DNA of 64,000 nt from the NCBI RefSeq assembly GCF_006345805.1, contig NC_043011.1, positions 36,840,464 through 36,904,463 on the forward strand. Direction: 5' to 3'. The notes under the pieces were generated by a model that made no database searches, was not told where the DNA came from, and saw nothing but the letters and a program-made list of their open reading frames with translations. Each line of letters begins with the position of its first letter. The stretch's first letter is position 1. Both the position numbers and the translations under genes were made by a program. Below, piece by piece: positions 13,291-26,360 of the stretch. The DNA comes from Octopus sinensis (lineage: Eukaryota).

Positions 13291-14339
13291 TAACAACAAA
13301 CAAGATGAGAAGAAATATCCGTCAAAGGTAAATAATGTAAATAATGTAAATAATGATAACTTGAAATGTTTGTTTAATTAAATCCCATATTTAATATTGT
13401 GAATCCAAAACGCACTGGACTCGTTTTCGATTTAATCTTTTTAGCGATAATCTATATAATAAATTTTAGTAAACTACAGAACCTCACTATATCGACTAGA
13501 TCCTTTCTTCATAATATATGAGCTTCTGATATAAACCCAATAAAGCTTAAATAAATCAGAAATATTAAACAAATTTTCAAAATTCATTATTATTAAATTT
13601 CCAAAATCTTTATTAATATTACAATAATTATATTTTTTAATTAAAATTTATGTAACCTGCTTCCTCTATAATTGCGATTTCCCCAGCTTGTTTTTTTTCT
13701 TTCCAAATATCTGAAAACCCAAATTGAATACTATTTTTAATTTAGCGTGTGTAATAATTTTTCATTAGCAAATGAAGTACAATTTCCTAGATGTAGATGA
13801 AATAGAATATTCAAAAACCAATCAAATAATGCGAAGTAATCCAAATATTAATGGGTAGAAATATCACATGACCTCACAGGTAGCTGGAAAATGGATGCAA
13901 AGATACTGACAAACAAAAACACCCACTATTCATATCTATATATATGCTTGCGTGTATACATATATATATATCTATATATAATATATATATATATTATATA
14001 TACTTTACAACACCTGTCTGTGTTCGGAATGTCCTTGCAGAACCGCAATCCAGACGCACGTCTTCGCCGCGAACAAGCATTAATATTCTCTCTCCGCTCC
14101 TTTGCGCCATATGGGTTCAACTCTCCATTCCTCTTCATCTACCTTCCCTCCTCTCTCCTCTATTGCACTGACACCTACTTCCTCTCTTCACTCCTTCCCA
14201 GTTTCTCCCCTCCATCCTCTCCCTTCATCGTCACTCCTCCATCGTTATTCCACCCCTACACATACCAGCCCCATCCCTATACATTCGATCCCACCTCACA
14301 CATATCACTCCCACATACCCCACCTTCACACCCAAGGCC

Positions 14340-14890
14340 CACCTAACCCACAACTACCCCCACCCCCTCACTCCAACACACATTCCCACACCATACACCA
14401 CCACACCACACCCCAACACACCACATCACACCACACCATACACCACTACACCACACCACACATCACCACACCGCAACACAACATATACCACACATCACCA
14501 CACCACCACACAACACCGCCACACCTTTACACAACACACAACGCACCATACATCACCACAGCACACTACCACACCACATCGCACCACACCACACACCACA
14601 CTAAACCCCACCACACCGCAACAAAACGTACCACACACCACTACACCACACTACGACACCACGCCACACCACCACACTATCACACAACACACAACACACT
14701 ACACCACACCACCACACCACCACGCCACATCGCACCACTCTGTGCACACTAACATTGATCACATTTTAGCACGCATACCACACCACACACAACTACCCCA
14801 TACCACATCACACCACTCCGCATACACTAGCACTGACCACTTTTCAGCAGCCACACCATCATCCACACATCTACACATGCACACACCTAC
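14340..14890. repeat. Degenerate (CACCA)n / (CAC)n low-complexity tract
   Basis: ACACC/ACCAC pentamer variants inside the PLE fragment. Confidence 0.9.
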
Positions 14891-15098
14891 ACATCAAGGT
14901 CACCAGCCCCTATCCGCATGCACACGCACACACACACACTCTCACAAACACGCACGCGCACCTTCGTTTTGAAAACATCACTACTTTATTATCTCCCCTT
15001 CTTCCTAGCTCTCTTGTCTGACCACCTCTGCCCGGCCATCGCCATGATTGTTGACAGCTAGCTACTAAAGCTTTCTTTTTTATTCTCTCTCTGTATTC

Positions 15099-15134
15099 CT
15101 TTCTCCTGAAGAGTGTAGACTCAAAACGTAAAAG
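15099..15134 (+). ncRNA. Degenerate minimal hammerhead in a PLE terminal repeat
   Basis: CTTT-CTCCTGA-A-GAGT(GTAG)ACTC-AAA-ACGT-A-AAAG. Related copies at 23596 and 54635 retain GCTC-GAA. Confidence 0.55.
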
Positions 15135-15568
15135 ACTTTCTCTCTTTCCCGAGCGTTAAACTAATACACCTGTTTGTTGTTCACACGTCTGTCTTCGTCT
15201 TTTCTTTTTTGTAAATTCCAACTAAATATACAAGTATATGTGGGCATGTACATATGTGCACGAGTGTAAAAGATGTATGCATGTGTACACCAAATAACAC
15301 TTGTGTATAAATGCTTATATATCGAATCCCTGCGAGTCTACATTGGATCACCTGACTACAATATAAACCTCATTTGATTATGGTATCCTTAGCTCAACGA
15401 ATACTCTTTTGTTGGAGCAATTACTACTTCTGTGGATCTGATAGGTAAGAAGCAGATCTACTCTATTCACTAATTTTGGAGATATATATGTATGTATGCA
15501 TGTATGTATGTATGTATGTATGTATGTATGTATGTATGTATGTATGTATGTATGTATGTATGTGTATG

Positions 15569-15625
<57 letters not shown>

Positions 15626-15719
15626 GTATATATATATATATATATATGCGTGTGTGTGTGCATGTGTTTCATCTTCCGTCTTAACCCGGGAAAATTTAAA
15701 ACTGAGTGTTACAAATAAA

Positions 15720-16013
15720 TGTGTTAACATGTGACATTAATGACCGAGGTTACCGTGGTCTTTTCCGTAGGCTTTTCTTTCCGTGTATAAACCTTATCTC
15801 CTTCCCCCTCTGCACTTTACATAATAACATTTATGTGATACACGATCCCTATTGATCGTGTTTTCTTTTCTTTTTTTCTTCATTTTCTTTTCTTTTCCGT
15901 CTACGATACCTTTTGATCGAAAACCTACCCCACTTTTTTTTCTCCCCAAAAAGAAAAGCCCCACTTTGTAATTTGTCCCGTCTGTGTCGAGCCCTGTGTG
16001 ACTAATAAAGAAA
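15720..16013 (+). mobile_element. Probable LINE 3' UTR remnant ending in AATAAAGAAA
   Basis: Pyrimidine-rich tract. Its terminus TTTGTCCCGTCTGTGTCGAGCCCTGTGTGACTAATAAAGAAA resembles the SINE-B tail. Confidence 0.5.
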
Positions 16014-16203
16014 CAGTTGCAGATCGTTGGCGCATTTTTTCCCTCCGTCTTTCTTTTTTCGTGGACTTTTCTATCCTTCCCTGAGCGTCTGCTAATTCTT
16101 TGCATGTACCACATCCTCGCATTGTTGTTTTTTCATGTGTTCTTCCTCGTTTTTTGCGGGGATTAATTATATATATATATGCACACATAGACACACACAA
16201 ACA

Positions 16204-16243
<40 letters not shown>

Positions 16244-16497
16244 TACACACACACATGCACACATATACATATATAATATGAATGACTAATTCGCTGTTTT
16301 ACAACTCGAAAGCAGAAATATATACATCGCTGTAGTGACTAAGGGCTCTAATTATCCCAGTATTGCTAGAAATAGGAGTCAAAGCAAATCAAGATAGTGC
16401 TTCTGTGGCAATTGAGTTTTTTTGACGCTACTTTCTAGTAATACCGGTGCAAAGTAGAGTCCTTTGTCACTCTAGTAATACATACGCACACATAATA

Positions 16498-16555
<58 letters not shown>

Positions 16556-16604
16556 ATATATATATGTTTATATATATATATATGTATATATATATACACA
16601 CATA

Positions 16605-16647
<43 letters not shown>

Positions 16648-16687
16648 ATATATATATGTATGTATTTATATATATACGCATGTAAAT

Positions 16688-16729
<42 letters not shown>

Positions 16730-16742
16730 GAAACATAGATAT

Positions 16743-16774
<32 letters not shown>

Positions 16775-16965
16775 TCCGAAAATTATGAACATTCTTTTGT
16801 TAACTAAATCATATTCCATTTCCATATTACCTCAGAAGTAAATTATATACTGTAATGCAATATAATGTAGTATGATATAATGTAGTATGATATAATTTAA
16901 TATCGCATATATGAACGTATATGTTATACGCATCATATGTGATATATGTAAATTTGAATATGTAA

Positions 16966-17015
<50 letters not shown>

Positions 17016-17182
17016 CAGGAGTGGCTGTGTGGTAAGTAGCTTGCTAACCAACCACATGGTTCCGGGTTCAGTCCCACTGCGTGACATCTTAGGCAAGTGT
17101 CTTCTGCTATAGCCCCGGGCCGACCAATGCCTTGTGAGTGGATTTGGTAGACGGAAACTGAAAGAAGTCTGTCGTATATATG

Positions 17183-17213
<31 letters not shown>

Positions 17214-17428
17214 TTGTGTGTGTCTGTATCTGTCCCCCTAGCATTGCTTGACAACCGATGCTGGTGTGTTTACGTCCCCGTCACTTAGCGGTTCAGCAAA
17301 ATAGACCGATAGAATAAGTACTGGGCTTACAAAGAATAAGTGCTGGGGTCGATTTGCTCGACTAAAGGCGGTGCTCCAGCATGGCCGCACTCAAATGACT
17401 GAAACCAAAAAAAAAGAGTAAAAGAGTA
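17016..17428 (+). mobile_element. tRNA-derived SINE family A
   Basis: A and B boxes, near identity to 22979-23388. Confidence 0.92.
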
Positions 17429-17469
17429 TATGTGCGTGTGTGCATACATATATAGTATCTTCATATATG

Positions 17470-17502
<33 letters not shown>

Positions 17503-17756
17503 CATAAACATATTTGTACAAATATATATCTGCATGCACACATATATGTTATATGTATGTATATATGCATGTATATATGTATTTATATTATGGAACATTT
17601 TTAGATTATGAGTAAATGAAACCTTAGAAGAGTGTTTCTTCCTTACTTTTTCTTCTCCTTTTTTCATTTCAACAATTAATTAGTGTGTTAATAAAGACAT
17701 GGAGTCGGTAATGAATCCTATGCAGTAACGAGAATTTTCCTACGCGTATGACAGGA

Positions 17757-18113
17757 CTGATGATGATTGCAACTTTATTGATGATGGTGGTGGTAATATA
17801 GGTGTTAGTGACGGTGGTAATGGTGGTGGTGGTGGTGGTGGTGGTAGTAATGGCGGTGGCTGTGATGGTGGTGGTGCTGATAATGCTGATGATGATGGTG
17901 GTGGTGGTAGTAGATAGTGGTGGTGATGGTGGTGCTCATACAGATCATGATAATGTTGTTAGTAGTGAGATGATGCTGTTGATGATGGTGGTGGGTGGTA
18001 GTGGATGGTGGTGATACTGATGATGATGGTGTTGGTGGTGGTGGTGTTACTGGTGGCAGTGGTGGTGGGTTATGTTGGTGATGATGGTGGTGATGGTGGT
18101 GATGATGATTGTG

Positions 18114-18148
<35 letters not shown>

Positions 18149-18345
18149 GGTGGTGGTGGTGTGACGGTGGTGGTGTGACGGTGGTGGTGTGACGGTGGTG
18201 GTGGTGGGTTATGTTGGTGATGATGGTGGTGATGGTGATGATGAGGGGGAAAACAACGACGACAATATTTACGAAGATTATGATGACGCTGTAAGTGTTA
18301 TTAATGATGGTGATAGTGGTAATGATGATAATGATGATGATGATG
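17757..18345. repeat. (GGT)n/(GAT)n degenerate microsatellite
   Basis: Triplet runs with small internal duplications. Confidence 0.92.
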
Positions 18346-18575
18346 AGAAGCAGGAGGAGGAAGAGGCGGAGGTGGAAGGGAATGAGAAAAAGTGGATGGG
18401 TGGGTGGTAATTATAAAAATCATCATTATCCTTAATGTTTTCATTTTCATTCTTGTTGCAATTACGTAATGTGTTTCAGTGACATCTTACGATTAAATTG
18501 TACCGACACCATGTCTTCCGCCTTCTTTTGCATCTCCAACGCTTACAATGATGATGATGATGATAATGATGATGG

Positions 18576-18606
<31 letters not shown>

Positions 18607-18611
18607 AATAA

Positions 18612-18730
18612 CAATCCTTTCTACTATAGGCACATAATGCTTTGATCGGACCGAAACTATATAGTAGAAGACACTTGCCCAAGGTTTCATGCAGTGGGAC
18701 TCAACCGGCAACCATGTGGTTGGGAAGTAG
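18612..18730 (-). mobile_element. SINE A head fragment
   Basis: AGAAGACACTTGCCCAAGG..GCAGTGGGACT..AACCATGTGGTTGG. Confidence 0.7.
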
Positions 18731-20665
18731 GCCTATATGTTTTAGCATTAACTTCTGCTAGAAAGAGTTGGTTATCAACTCACCTTCCCAAACAATAGTG
18801 AAAATTTTTAAATAGATTTGTACGTAGTACAGGTTACATATATTTTTAAAAAATCATTTTTGAAATATATTAAGTTGTTGGACATATTTTAGTACAATAT
18901 TAATTATCAGAATCTAGAAGATTTTGTTTTTTCTTCAAATAAAATGCTGGTTGTATTTTATAAATTGAAGACTTCTGAACCATCTCATATATCTGTCTCG
19001 GTTTCCTTTCTATCTTTTATTGACCAATTACATGATATTTCAGTCTATGATTTTCTTGTCTTTGTTTTGTTCTCCCCCCCCACCATTCTCTCCCTGTTTT
19101 CTTGTTACATTTTTCTCTAGCACTAATTCAAAGTTATTCCGTAACACCTCAATCAGTTTTCACAATGTATATCTCTTTGTTTCACCATTCTCCCCATATA
19201 TATCTTTCAATTCCAGCACATAACCTCCCAGTATTGTCCCTTTTTTAACTTTTCTCTCGTTTGATATCAATTTACAATATTTTTATTTGAGTCTAGGCAA
19301 TATATTCCTGTGTGTATGAATGTATATATGCTAATGCATGCATTAAAGTTTCTCTCCTTTACACCTCGGTATTCGTTATACGCCTTGCTATCTCTCTCTC
19401 CCCTTTTCTCTCTCTCTATCTCCTTGCCCTTTCACTCTTGTCTACCTTTACCCTCTTTACTGTATTTCACTCTTTTCAGTCACTCTGCTCTTTATTTCTC
19501 TTATTCTCGAAGCATTCTCTTTCATTGTTTAGCACATGCACACTGTCTTTCTCCTTTTACATCACCACATAGTTTTCTTTATCTGCATATATATCTCTCT
19601 GTATATCACTCTCTCTCTCTCTCTCTCTCCCTCTGTCCATCTTCTGACTGACCATTGCAAGTAGGTTGTATGTTCAATAACTCGGTTCACTGGTTTACTC
19701 ATCCCACTTTGATCTTCCAATAGACATGGAAGGACAGCCGTGATTTACCGGGGTAAAGGTCAGCGGTGAGAGTGGGGGCATATATAATCCTCTTTCAAAA
19801 CTTCTTTCTTTTATCTCCTATAAACTCTACGATATTTTATCGCTTTTATTTCTCCACTTCCACACAATTTTTCTCTAAATACACAGGCATATATATGTAT
19901 GTAAGTGTATATAAATATATCGCATTCACATACACGAACTGCATATAGATAGATATGTAGATAGACGGATAGATAGATAAATATAGAGACAGACAGCCAG
20001 AAAGACAGAAAGACAGACAGATAGACACACAGATAGATAGATAGATAGTTAGATAGGTGGCTTGAGAGATACATAAATGCACACATATATATACATACAT
20101 GTATATATGCATATATATATTATATAATATATATATATATTATATATATACATATATATATGTATATAATATTAATGCACACACACACACACAAGGAGAA
20201 AGAGAGTCAGATGCAGACAGGAACAAAAAATGATAATAAAAGTTGTTATCAGAGTGAGACTTGTTAAAATTGTTTTAGACAAACATTTGCAATGCAAAGT
20301 CGGTAATAATGAAATGGAAGAATTATCGAAACAAAACAGCTTCCTATATTTCAACAATTTGTTGATAACCGTTTTATGAAGAGAACATTGAAGAATCGTG
20401 TCAACTGGTATTTCTGTGCAAAATATATCAAGGAATCACACTCGTCAATAAAATGGTTTTAAATCGAAGTAAAAGCTGATTTATTTTGCAAATAATCTGA
20501 AACGTCGAATTCAAGCCTGGATGTCACTCATTTCCTAAAAGCTCATACATATAACACGCACACATACACATACATATATATATTAGCATATTAATTAATA
20601 TATATGAATATATATGAATATATATAATATATATATATATACATGAATATATATATATATATACA

Positions 20666-20701
<36 letters not shown>

Positions 20702-20704
20702 TAT

Positions 20705-21095
20705 AAGAGGGAATTATGCTAGAAGTAGATCCGCTATGGTCTTACCACTGATAAAGGAATATTCGCAAGAAAACGTAGCAAAGCCAGAACGTAAGCGAGC
20801 AAGACAAATGAAAAAAAACATAGTTACATCATAAACTAATTTCACTATTAATACTTACGCAAAATTACTTACGTAATTGTCCGTAGCTCTTCAGTATGAT
20901 CGTCATTGCAAATATAATTTGCACAACTATACACGAGACTTCCGCATGAGATTAAACAAGTATACAGTTCTACCAATTACACTTGGGGTTATCTTTCAAA
21001 AGTCTTCGTTTTGGCGCAATAAAGTACCGGAAATAATTCTGCAGAAAGTTATTTTCTGCAGTGAGTTTTACCGGTTAGAGAACGTAGTTACTTTT
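20705..21095 (-). mobile_element. Hammerhead-bearing pLTR/retrozyme-like unit flanked by (AT)n
   Basis: Homologous to 6260-6400 and 39300-39420 (GTAAGCGAGCA.GACAAATGAAAAA). Hairpin CTGCAGAAA-GTTAT-TTTCTGCAG near 21039-21061. Confidence 0.7.
20828..20900 (-). ncRNA. Minimal type-I hammerhead ribozyme motif
   Basis: ATCATA-CTGAAGA-GCTA...TAGT-GAA-ATTAGT-T-TATGAT. Confidence 0.75.
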
Positions 21096-21097
21096 TT

Positions 21098-21139
<42 letters not shown>

Positions 21140-21363
21140 TTGTCGTGGTTGGTGTATCTACATGTATAAATACATGCATACATATACGCAAATACATACG
21201 TATATCTATATGTATGTTTTTCCTCTCCACTTTTACTGTCTCCATGTTTTTTTCTTTATCCAACTGATTTCTCTCCTTACTTCTATCTGCAGCAGAGCAG
21301 AGGATAGTAACTTTTCCTGAGCATTAAACTAACACATCTTGCTTTTGGTATATTTTTGCACCA

Positions 21364-21413
<50 letters not shown>

Positions 21414-21934
21414 CACAGACACACTCACACACAAACTCAAGCGCTTAGTGTTTCAAACACTGCCTTAACATATTTTTATACCTATTGCCCTGTCAAGCCA
21501 TAATACGAATCTATATTTATACGTATCAGTTTCTCCTGTACACGAACTTATATGTAACTCTAGACATTTTTGCTATCTGTATGGTTCTATTTGCTCGTCC
21601 AATTATTCAACAGTCTACACATAACTTCTCTATCCAAATTCAAACAACTTACGCCCATATCGACCAACGTATCTATACATTTAAGCAAAGCATTAAATAT
21701 AATTTTCCTTACAGCAAAACTAAGACAGGTAAATATTCTTAGATTGAGTTGTGCTCTGGTACATTCCCAAATATTAAATGTCTATCTGCATACGCTTAGT
21801 ATACGGTCCTTGGGAAATATCCAGTGACACTGGAAAAATAGGAAATCTTTGAAATTGTTCTCATGATAGACATTTGGTATTTATTATACTTTATCTATAG
21901 GCTTCTCTGGATAACTGGAAGTTTGTATCCACAG

Positions 21935-22048
<114 letters not shown>

Positions 22049-22459
22049 GCACAACACACACACATACATACAAACAGGAATGCTAGTGTTTATGGATATA
22101 TGTGTTAATGTAGTTTGAGTCCCAACTTTCGAATTTCTCTATTTAAAAGAGGTTTAGCCCAATATTTGAACTGAGCACACACTCACACGCAGAAGCACAC
22201 ACACAGACACACACACATACACACACATATGACTGTTTCGTGGGAAGCTTGGATAAGTGTCTTTTACAATAGTATCGGGTCGACCATTGCCTTATGAGTG
22301 GACTTGATCGAAGGAAACTGAAAGAAGCCCGTCGTATATATGTGCCTGTTTCCTATGTATGTGTGTGCGTGTGTGTGGGTCGGTGTCCCAGCACAGCTGC
22401 ATTCTAACAACTGAAATTAGTAAAAGATAAAATATAAGTATATATATATATATATATAT

Positions 22460-22690
22460 TGATATTAAACAATTAAAACCAGTGGCTTAGCATATTTAAA
22501 AAATGCAGAGATTAAAAATCATATTGCATACGAATTAAGAGGAATGACCACCAAAGTGGATTCCTAATATGCTAAAGATTGCCGTCCAATCGCCATACTA
22601 CGAAGAGTGTTCTAAAAAAAATTCAACGAACACCAGAATGTAAAAATGAGCAAGAGAAATGAAAATATACGAAATAAAAAACGATTATAT
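22460..22690 (-). mobile_element. pLTR/retrozyme-like fragment without its hammerhead
   Basis: Similar to the reverse complement of 6398-6600 and to 39695-39790. Flanked by (AT)n. Confidence 0.55.
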
Positions 22691-22873
22691 ATATATACAC
22701 ATACACTACACACACACATATATAAATGAGTAATAAAAATGTACAGGTGTCAATTTATTGCGTCCACTTCCAGCAAACCATTTAATTGATTAATGAAAAC
22801 ATTGCATCATTTGAAGGAATCTGTTCGCGTTAAATGCAAGGTGACAATTTAAGTTCCTAATTCAACGAGGTCA

Positions 22874-22932
<59 letters not shown>

Positions 22933-22978
22933 TTATATATTATATATTATATATATATATATATATACATATATATAT

Positions 22979-23388
22979 AGGCGCAGGAGTGGCTGTTTGG
23001 TAAGTAGCTTGCTAACCAACCACATGGTTCCGGGTTCAGTCCCACTGCGTGACATCTTGGGCACGTGTCTTCTGCTATAGCCCCGGGCCGACCAATGCCT
23101 TGTGAGTGGATTTGGTAGACGGAAACTGAAAGAAGCCTGTCGTATATATGTATATATATATAAGTGTGTGTGAATATGTTGTGTGTCTGTGTTTGTTCCC
23201 CTAGCATTGCTTGACACCGATGCTGGTGTGTTTACGTCCCCGTAACTTAGCGGTTCGGCAAAATAGACCGATAGAATAAGTACTGGGCTTACAAAGAATA
23301 AGTCTCGGGGTCGATTTGCTCGACTAAAGGCGGTGCTCCAGCATGGCCGCAGTCAAATGACTGAAACAAGTAAAAAGAAAAAAGAGTA
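22979..23388 (+). mobile_element. tRNA-derived SINE family A, full length
   Basis: GGCGCAGGAGTGGCTGTTTGG..GGTTCAGTCC. Inserted in (AT)n. Confidence 0.93.
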
Positions 23389-23389
23389 T

Positions 23390-23433
<44 letters not shown>

Positions 23434-23499
23434 TATATAATATATATATGTGTGTTGTACGTGTGTGTATACATCTATATATATTAAATATTTATATAT

Positions 23500-23697
23500 A
23501 TAGGGCGAATTCACAAAAAAACGCAACAAAAGACGAAGACAGGTGGTGTAGACAACAAATAGGTGTATTAGTATAACGCTCGAGAAGTAAAAAGTCTTTA
23601 ATGTTTCGAGCCTACTCTCTTCCACAGAAAGGAACACAGAAAGAAACAAGGCGAAAAAATAAAGAATGTGTAGTGGCTAGCGATCTATATTGGCGAA
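23500..23697 (-). mobile_element. PLE terminal repeat (same family as 15040-15225) with hammerhead motif at 23596-23631
   Basis: Minus strand reads CTTT-CTGTGGA-A-GAGA(GTAG)GCTC-GAA-ACAT-T-AAAG. Confidence 0.7.
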
Positions 23698-24491
23698 TAT
23701 ACACATACACATCACTCAAACACACGCACACATGCAGTAACGGTTAAAGGTAACATAGTAACCATTGCTGCTATTTGGAACGTGAGTCCATGGTGGTGAG
23801 GTATAGATTTTTATATACATATGTTCGAATTCAAAGTGCTAATAACGCATATAAATTCACTCCAACAATGGTTTATATGAATATAGTTTTCAATCATTCT
23901 ATTTCCCATACCACATGGAAATAAAACGTACATTGGCCTTAGGAGATGCAGAACCCTTCATTGAGTAATTGCAACGTTATTTTATATTCCTCTCTCTTTT
24001 CTTTTTACCTGACATCTTTTGCTTTAGTTTAGAAGGAAGACTACAGCCTGAACATTGTACTGAATTATTCATGTCTTTTCAGGTATATTAGTGAATCACA
24101 ACCGTGCAGAAATTTATTGGTTTATGGATACTGCACTCGTATCACTACAGAAAAATGCCGTAAAAATAACAGTGGTATAGACTAATGAATACAATATATC
24201 GCTGTTGTGATGTGAGAAAAAATGTAAAAACGTTGAAGGAAAATTCAAACGTATGAAGTTGGTCTTTTTATATAAAGGAACGATAAATAGTTGTCATAAA
24301 CCTTGAATAGAATATAGCCAAAATACAAATGGCAGAAACTTGTTCAATCATAGTAATATACTAAAAGAATGCAACAACAAGGTTGAGTCAAACTTGGTAC
24401 ATGTTATGTCCCTGGGGCATTCGATGTACAGCGTTTTCAAATCTTCTATTGACATCACCAATTGTTGTTGTGTAATATAGTGGTAGTGGCT

Positions 24492-24631
24492 TCCGCCGAG
24501 GTCGACTTTGCCTTTCATCCTATCGTGGTCGATAAATTAAATACCAGTTGTGTACTGGAGTTGATCTAATCGACTGCCCCCCAACTCTCCAAAAAAGATT
24601 CGGGCATTGTGCCTAGAGTAGAAAAGAATAT
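24492..24631 (+). mobile_element. SINE B 3' part
   Basis: TCCGCCGAGGTCGACTTTGCCTTTCATCC...CCTAGAGTAGAAAAGAAT. Confidence 0.85.
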
Positions 24632-25226
24632 TGTGCTATTGGCGAACCATTGTGTTCTCATATAGTACATTCTGTTCTCATATAGATATACAACAATGGT
24701 ATACATGTATACATACGCACATACACACACACACGCACACACACATACAATATATATATATATATATATAATTATAGTAATTAACAGGTGATGGATTCAG
24801 TTTTAAAACTTTATTGCGTACAGCGTTTCTTTGACCCATCCGGCTAATCCGTGTTAGTCCTAAATATTTCTTATATATATGCACACACACACACAAACAC
24901 AACACACACACAACACACACACCACACACACATACACACACATACACATGCACACACATATATGTATAACAACTATTCGTACTTTAATCCATATCTAACG
25001 CTCATCAGGTTGTTTGTGAATTGCCCTCATTGAACTTCTGTTAAATCTCAGCCCTGCTTTAATTTCTCTTAAATTTCACCTTGCTAGTGTAAAAGTGTCA
25101 GGAACGACAGCAGTGTTGACAGTAGTAGTAGTAGTAGTAGTAGTAGCTTTAGTGGCAGTATCCATGGCAGCTGTAGCAGCTTCATTAAATTATGTTTATG
25201 TTATCATTTGAATATATTATTACTGT

Positions 25227-25493
25227 AAAGCGGCGAACTGGCAGAACCGTTAGCACGCCGCGCGAAATGCGTAGCCGTATTTCGTCTGCCGTTACGTTCT
25301 GAGGTCAAATTCAGCCGAGGTCGACTTTGCCTTTCATCCTTTCGGGGTCGATAAATTAAGTACCAGTTACACACTGGGGTCGATATAATCGACTTAATCC
25401 GTTTGTCTGTCCTTGTTTGTCTCCTCTATGTTTAGCCCCTTGTGGGTAATAATGAAACAGGTATTTCGTCTACCGCTACGTTCTGAGTTCAAA
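25227..25493 (+). mobile_element. SINE family B
   Basis: Head GCGGCGAACTGGCAGAACCGTTAGCACGCC, B-box-like GAGGTCAAATTC, core and tail. Confidence 0.9.
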
Positions 25494-25499
25494 TGGTGA

Positions 25500-25817
25500 A
25501 ATGTGATTTCTTCTTGTGGGGATATTTAAAATCAAAAGTATTAAGTCATCGCCCTCGATCTATTGATGAATTAAAACGTGTAATTTGTGTAGAAATAGCA
25601 ACCATTCCAGAAGAAATGATCCATAGAATTATCGATAACTTTCATGAACAGTGTGTTGAGAATGATGGGAAGCATTTAGCTGATTTAATTTTTAAAACTT
25701 AATGAAATAAAATGGCATTATATGTACATTCAGAAAATAATTTTTTTCTTTTCATTATTTCTTATTTTGTGCTTTTATTAAGCCTCCAAATGTATCAGAT
25801 CATTTTGGTCCACCCTG
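25500..25817 (+). mobile_element. 3' end of a Tc1/mariner-superfamily transposon (maT/rosa-like)
   Basis: CDFFLWGYLKSKV..PRSIDELKRVI..CVENDGKH C-terminus, then a TIR ending CCACCCTG-TA. Confidence 0.8.
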
Positions 25818-25884
25818 TATATGATATACAATAGACATTGGATGTGTATTTTATGTGAAAGTATGTGTGTACCTATCCCTTATC

Positions 25885-26272
25885 CTTTAGTTGTTTCTGT
25901 CGTTGGACTGCGGCCATGCTGGGGCATCGTCTTTGTAGCGTTTAGTCGAACAAATGAACCCTAGTACTTCGATTTCTAAGTCAGTTGTTTATTCGATCGT
26001 TATATTTTGCCGACAAGTTAATTTACGGAGACGTAAACAAAACAACACTGGTTGCCAAGCATTGGAGAGGACAAATACAATCACGTACACCAACACTCAT
26101 ACACATCTACATATTAACGACGCGATTCTATACAGTTACACAGTTACCCAGCTACCAAATTTATTATTAAGACATTGGTCGACTCGAAGCTAGAGCTGAA
26201 GGCCCTCGCTAAGGGTGCTGCGCGTGGAAGTGAACCCGAAACCAAGCGGTGGCAAGGACAGCTTCTTAACCA
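25885..26272 (-). mobile_element. Old degenerate SINE A
   Basis: GACTGCGGCCATGCTGGGGCA..TTTAGTCGAACAAATG..GAACCCGAAACCA. Similar old copies at 22230-22340, 28010-28155, 28510-28620, 33480-33850, 38030-38120, 42320-42430 and 61640-61830. Confidence 0.75.
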
Positions 26273-26300
26273 ATAATATGTAGCGTGTCATATTCTTCAT

Positions 26301-26360
26301 GTAGCGAGTCATTTAGAGAGTCGTGTAGCGAGTTGTGTAGTGAGTCGCGTAGCGAGTCGT
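26301..26360. repeat. 12-bp minisatellite, 5 copies (GTAGCGAGTCGT)
   Basis: gtagcgagtcat ttagagagtcgt gtagcgagttgt gtagtgagtcgc gtagcgagtcgt. Confidence 0.85.

Larger units (their letters stand above)
14005..15225 (+). mobile_element. Penelope-like element 3' fragment (GIY-YIG C-terminus plus pLTR)
   Basis: RLRREQALIFSLRSFAPYGFNS fits the R..E..I..L...P.G.N end of PLE GIY-YIG domains. It is followed by a C-rich tract and a hammerhead-bearing terminal repeat shared with 23500-23697 and 54505-54655. Confidence 0.8.

Noticed and set aside
14102-14752. 216-aa His/Thr/Pro-rich ORF
   Set aside because: Product of the (CACCA)n tract inside a PLE fragment.
22979-23055. tRNA gene candidates at SINE heads (also 30250-30322, 42010-42085, 62910-62985)
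   Set aside because: A and B boxes are present, but the sequence continues into SINE bodies and no complete cloverleaf was seen.
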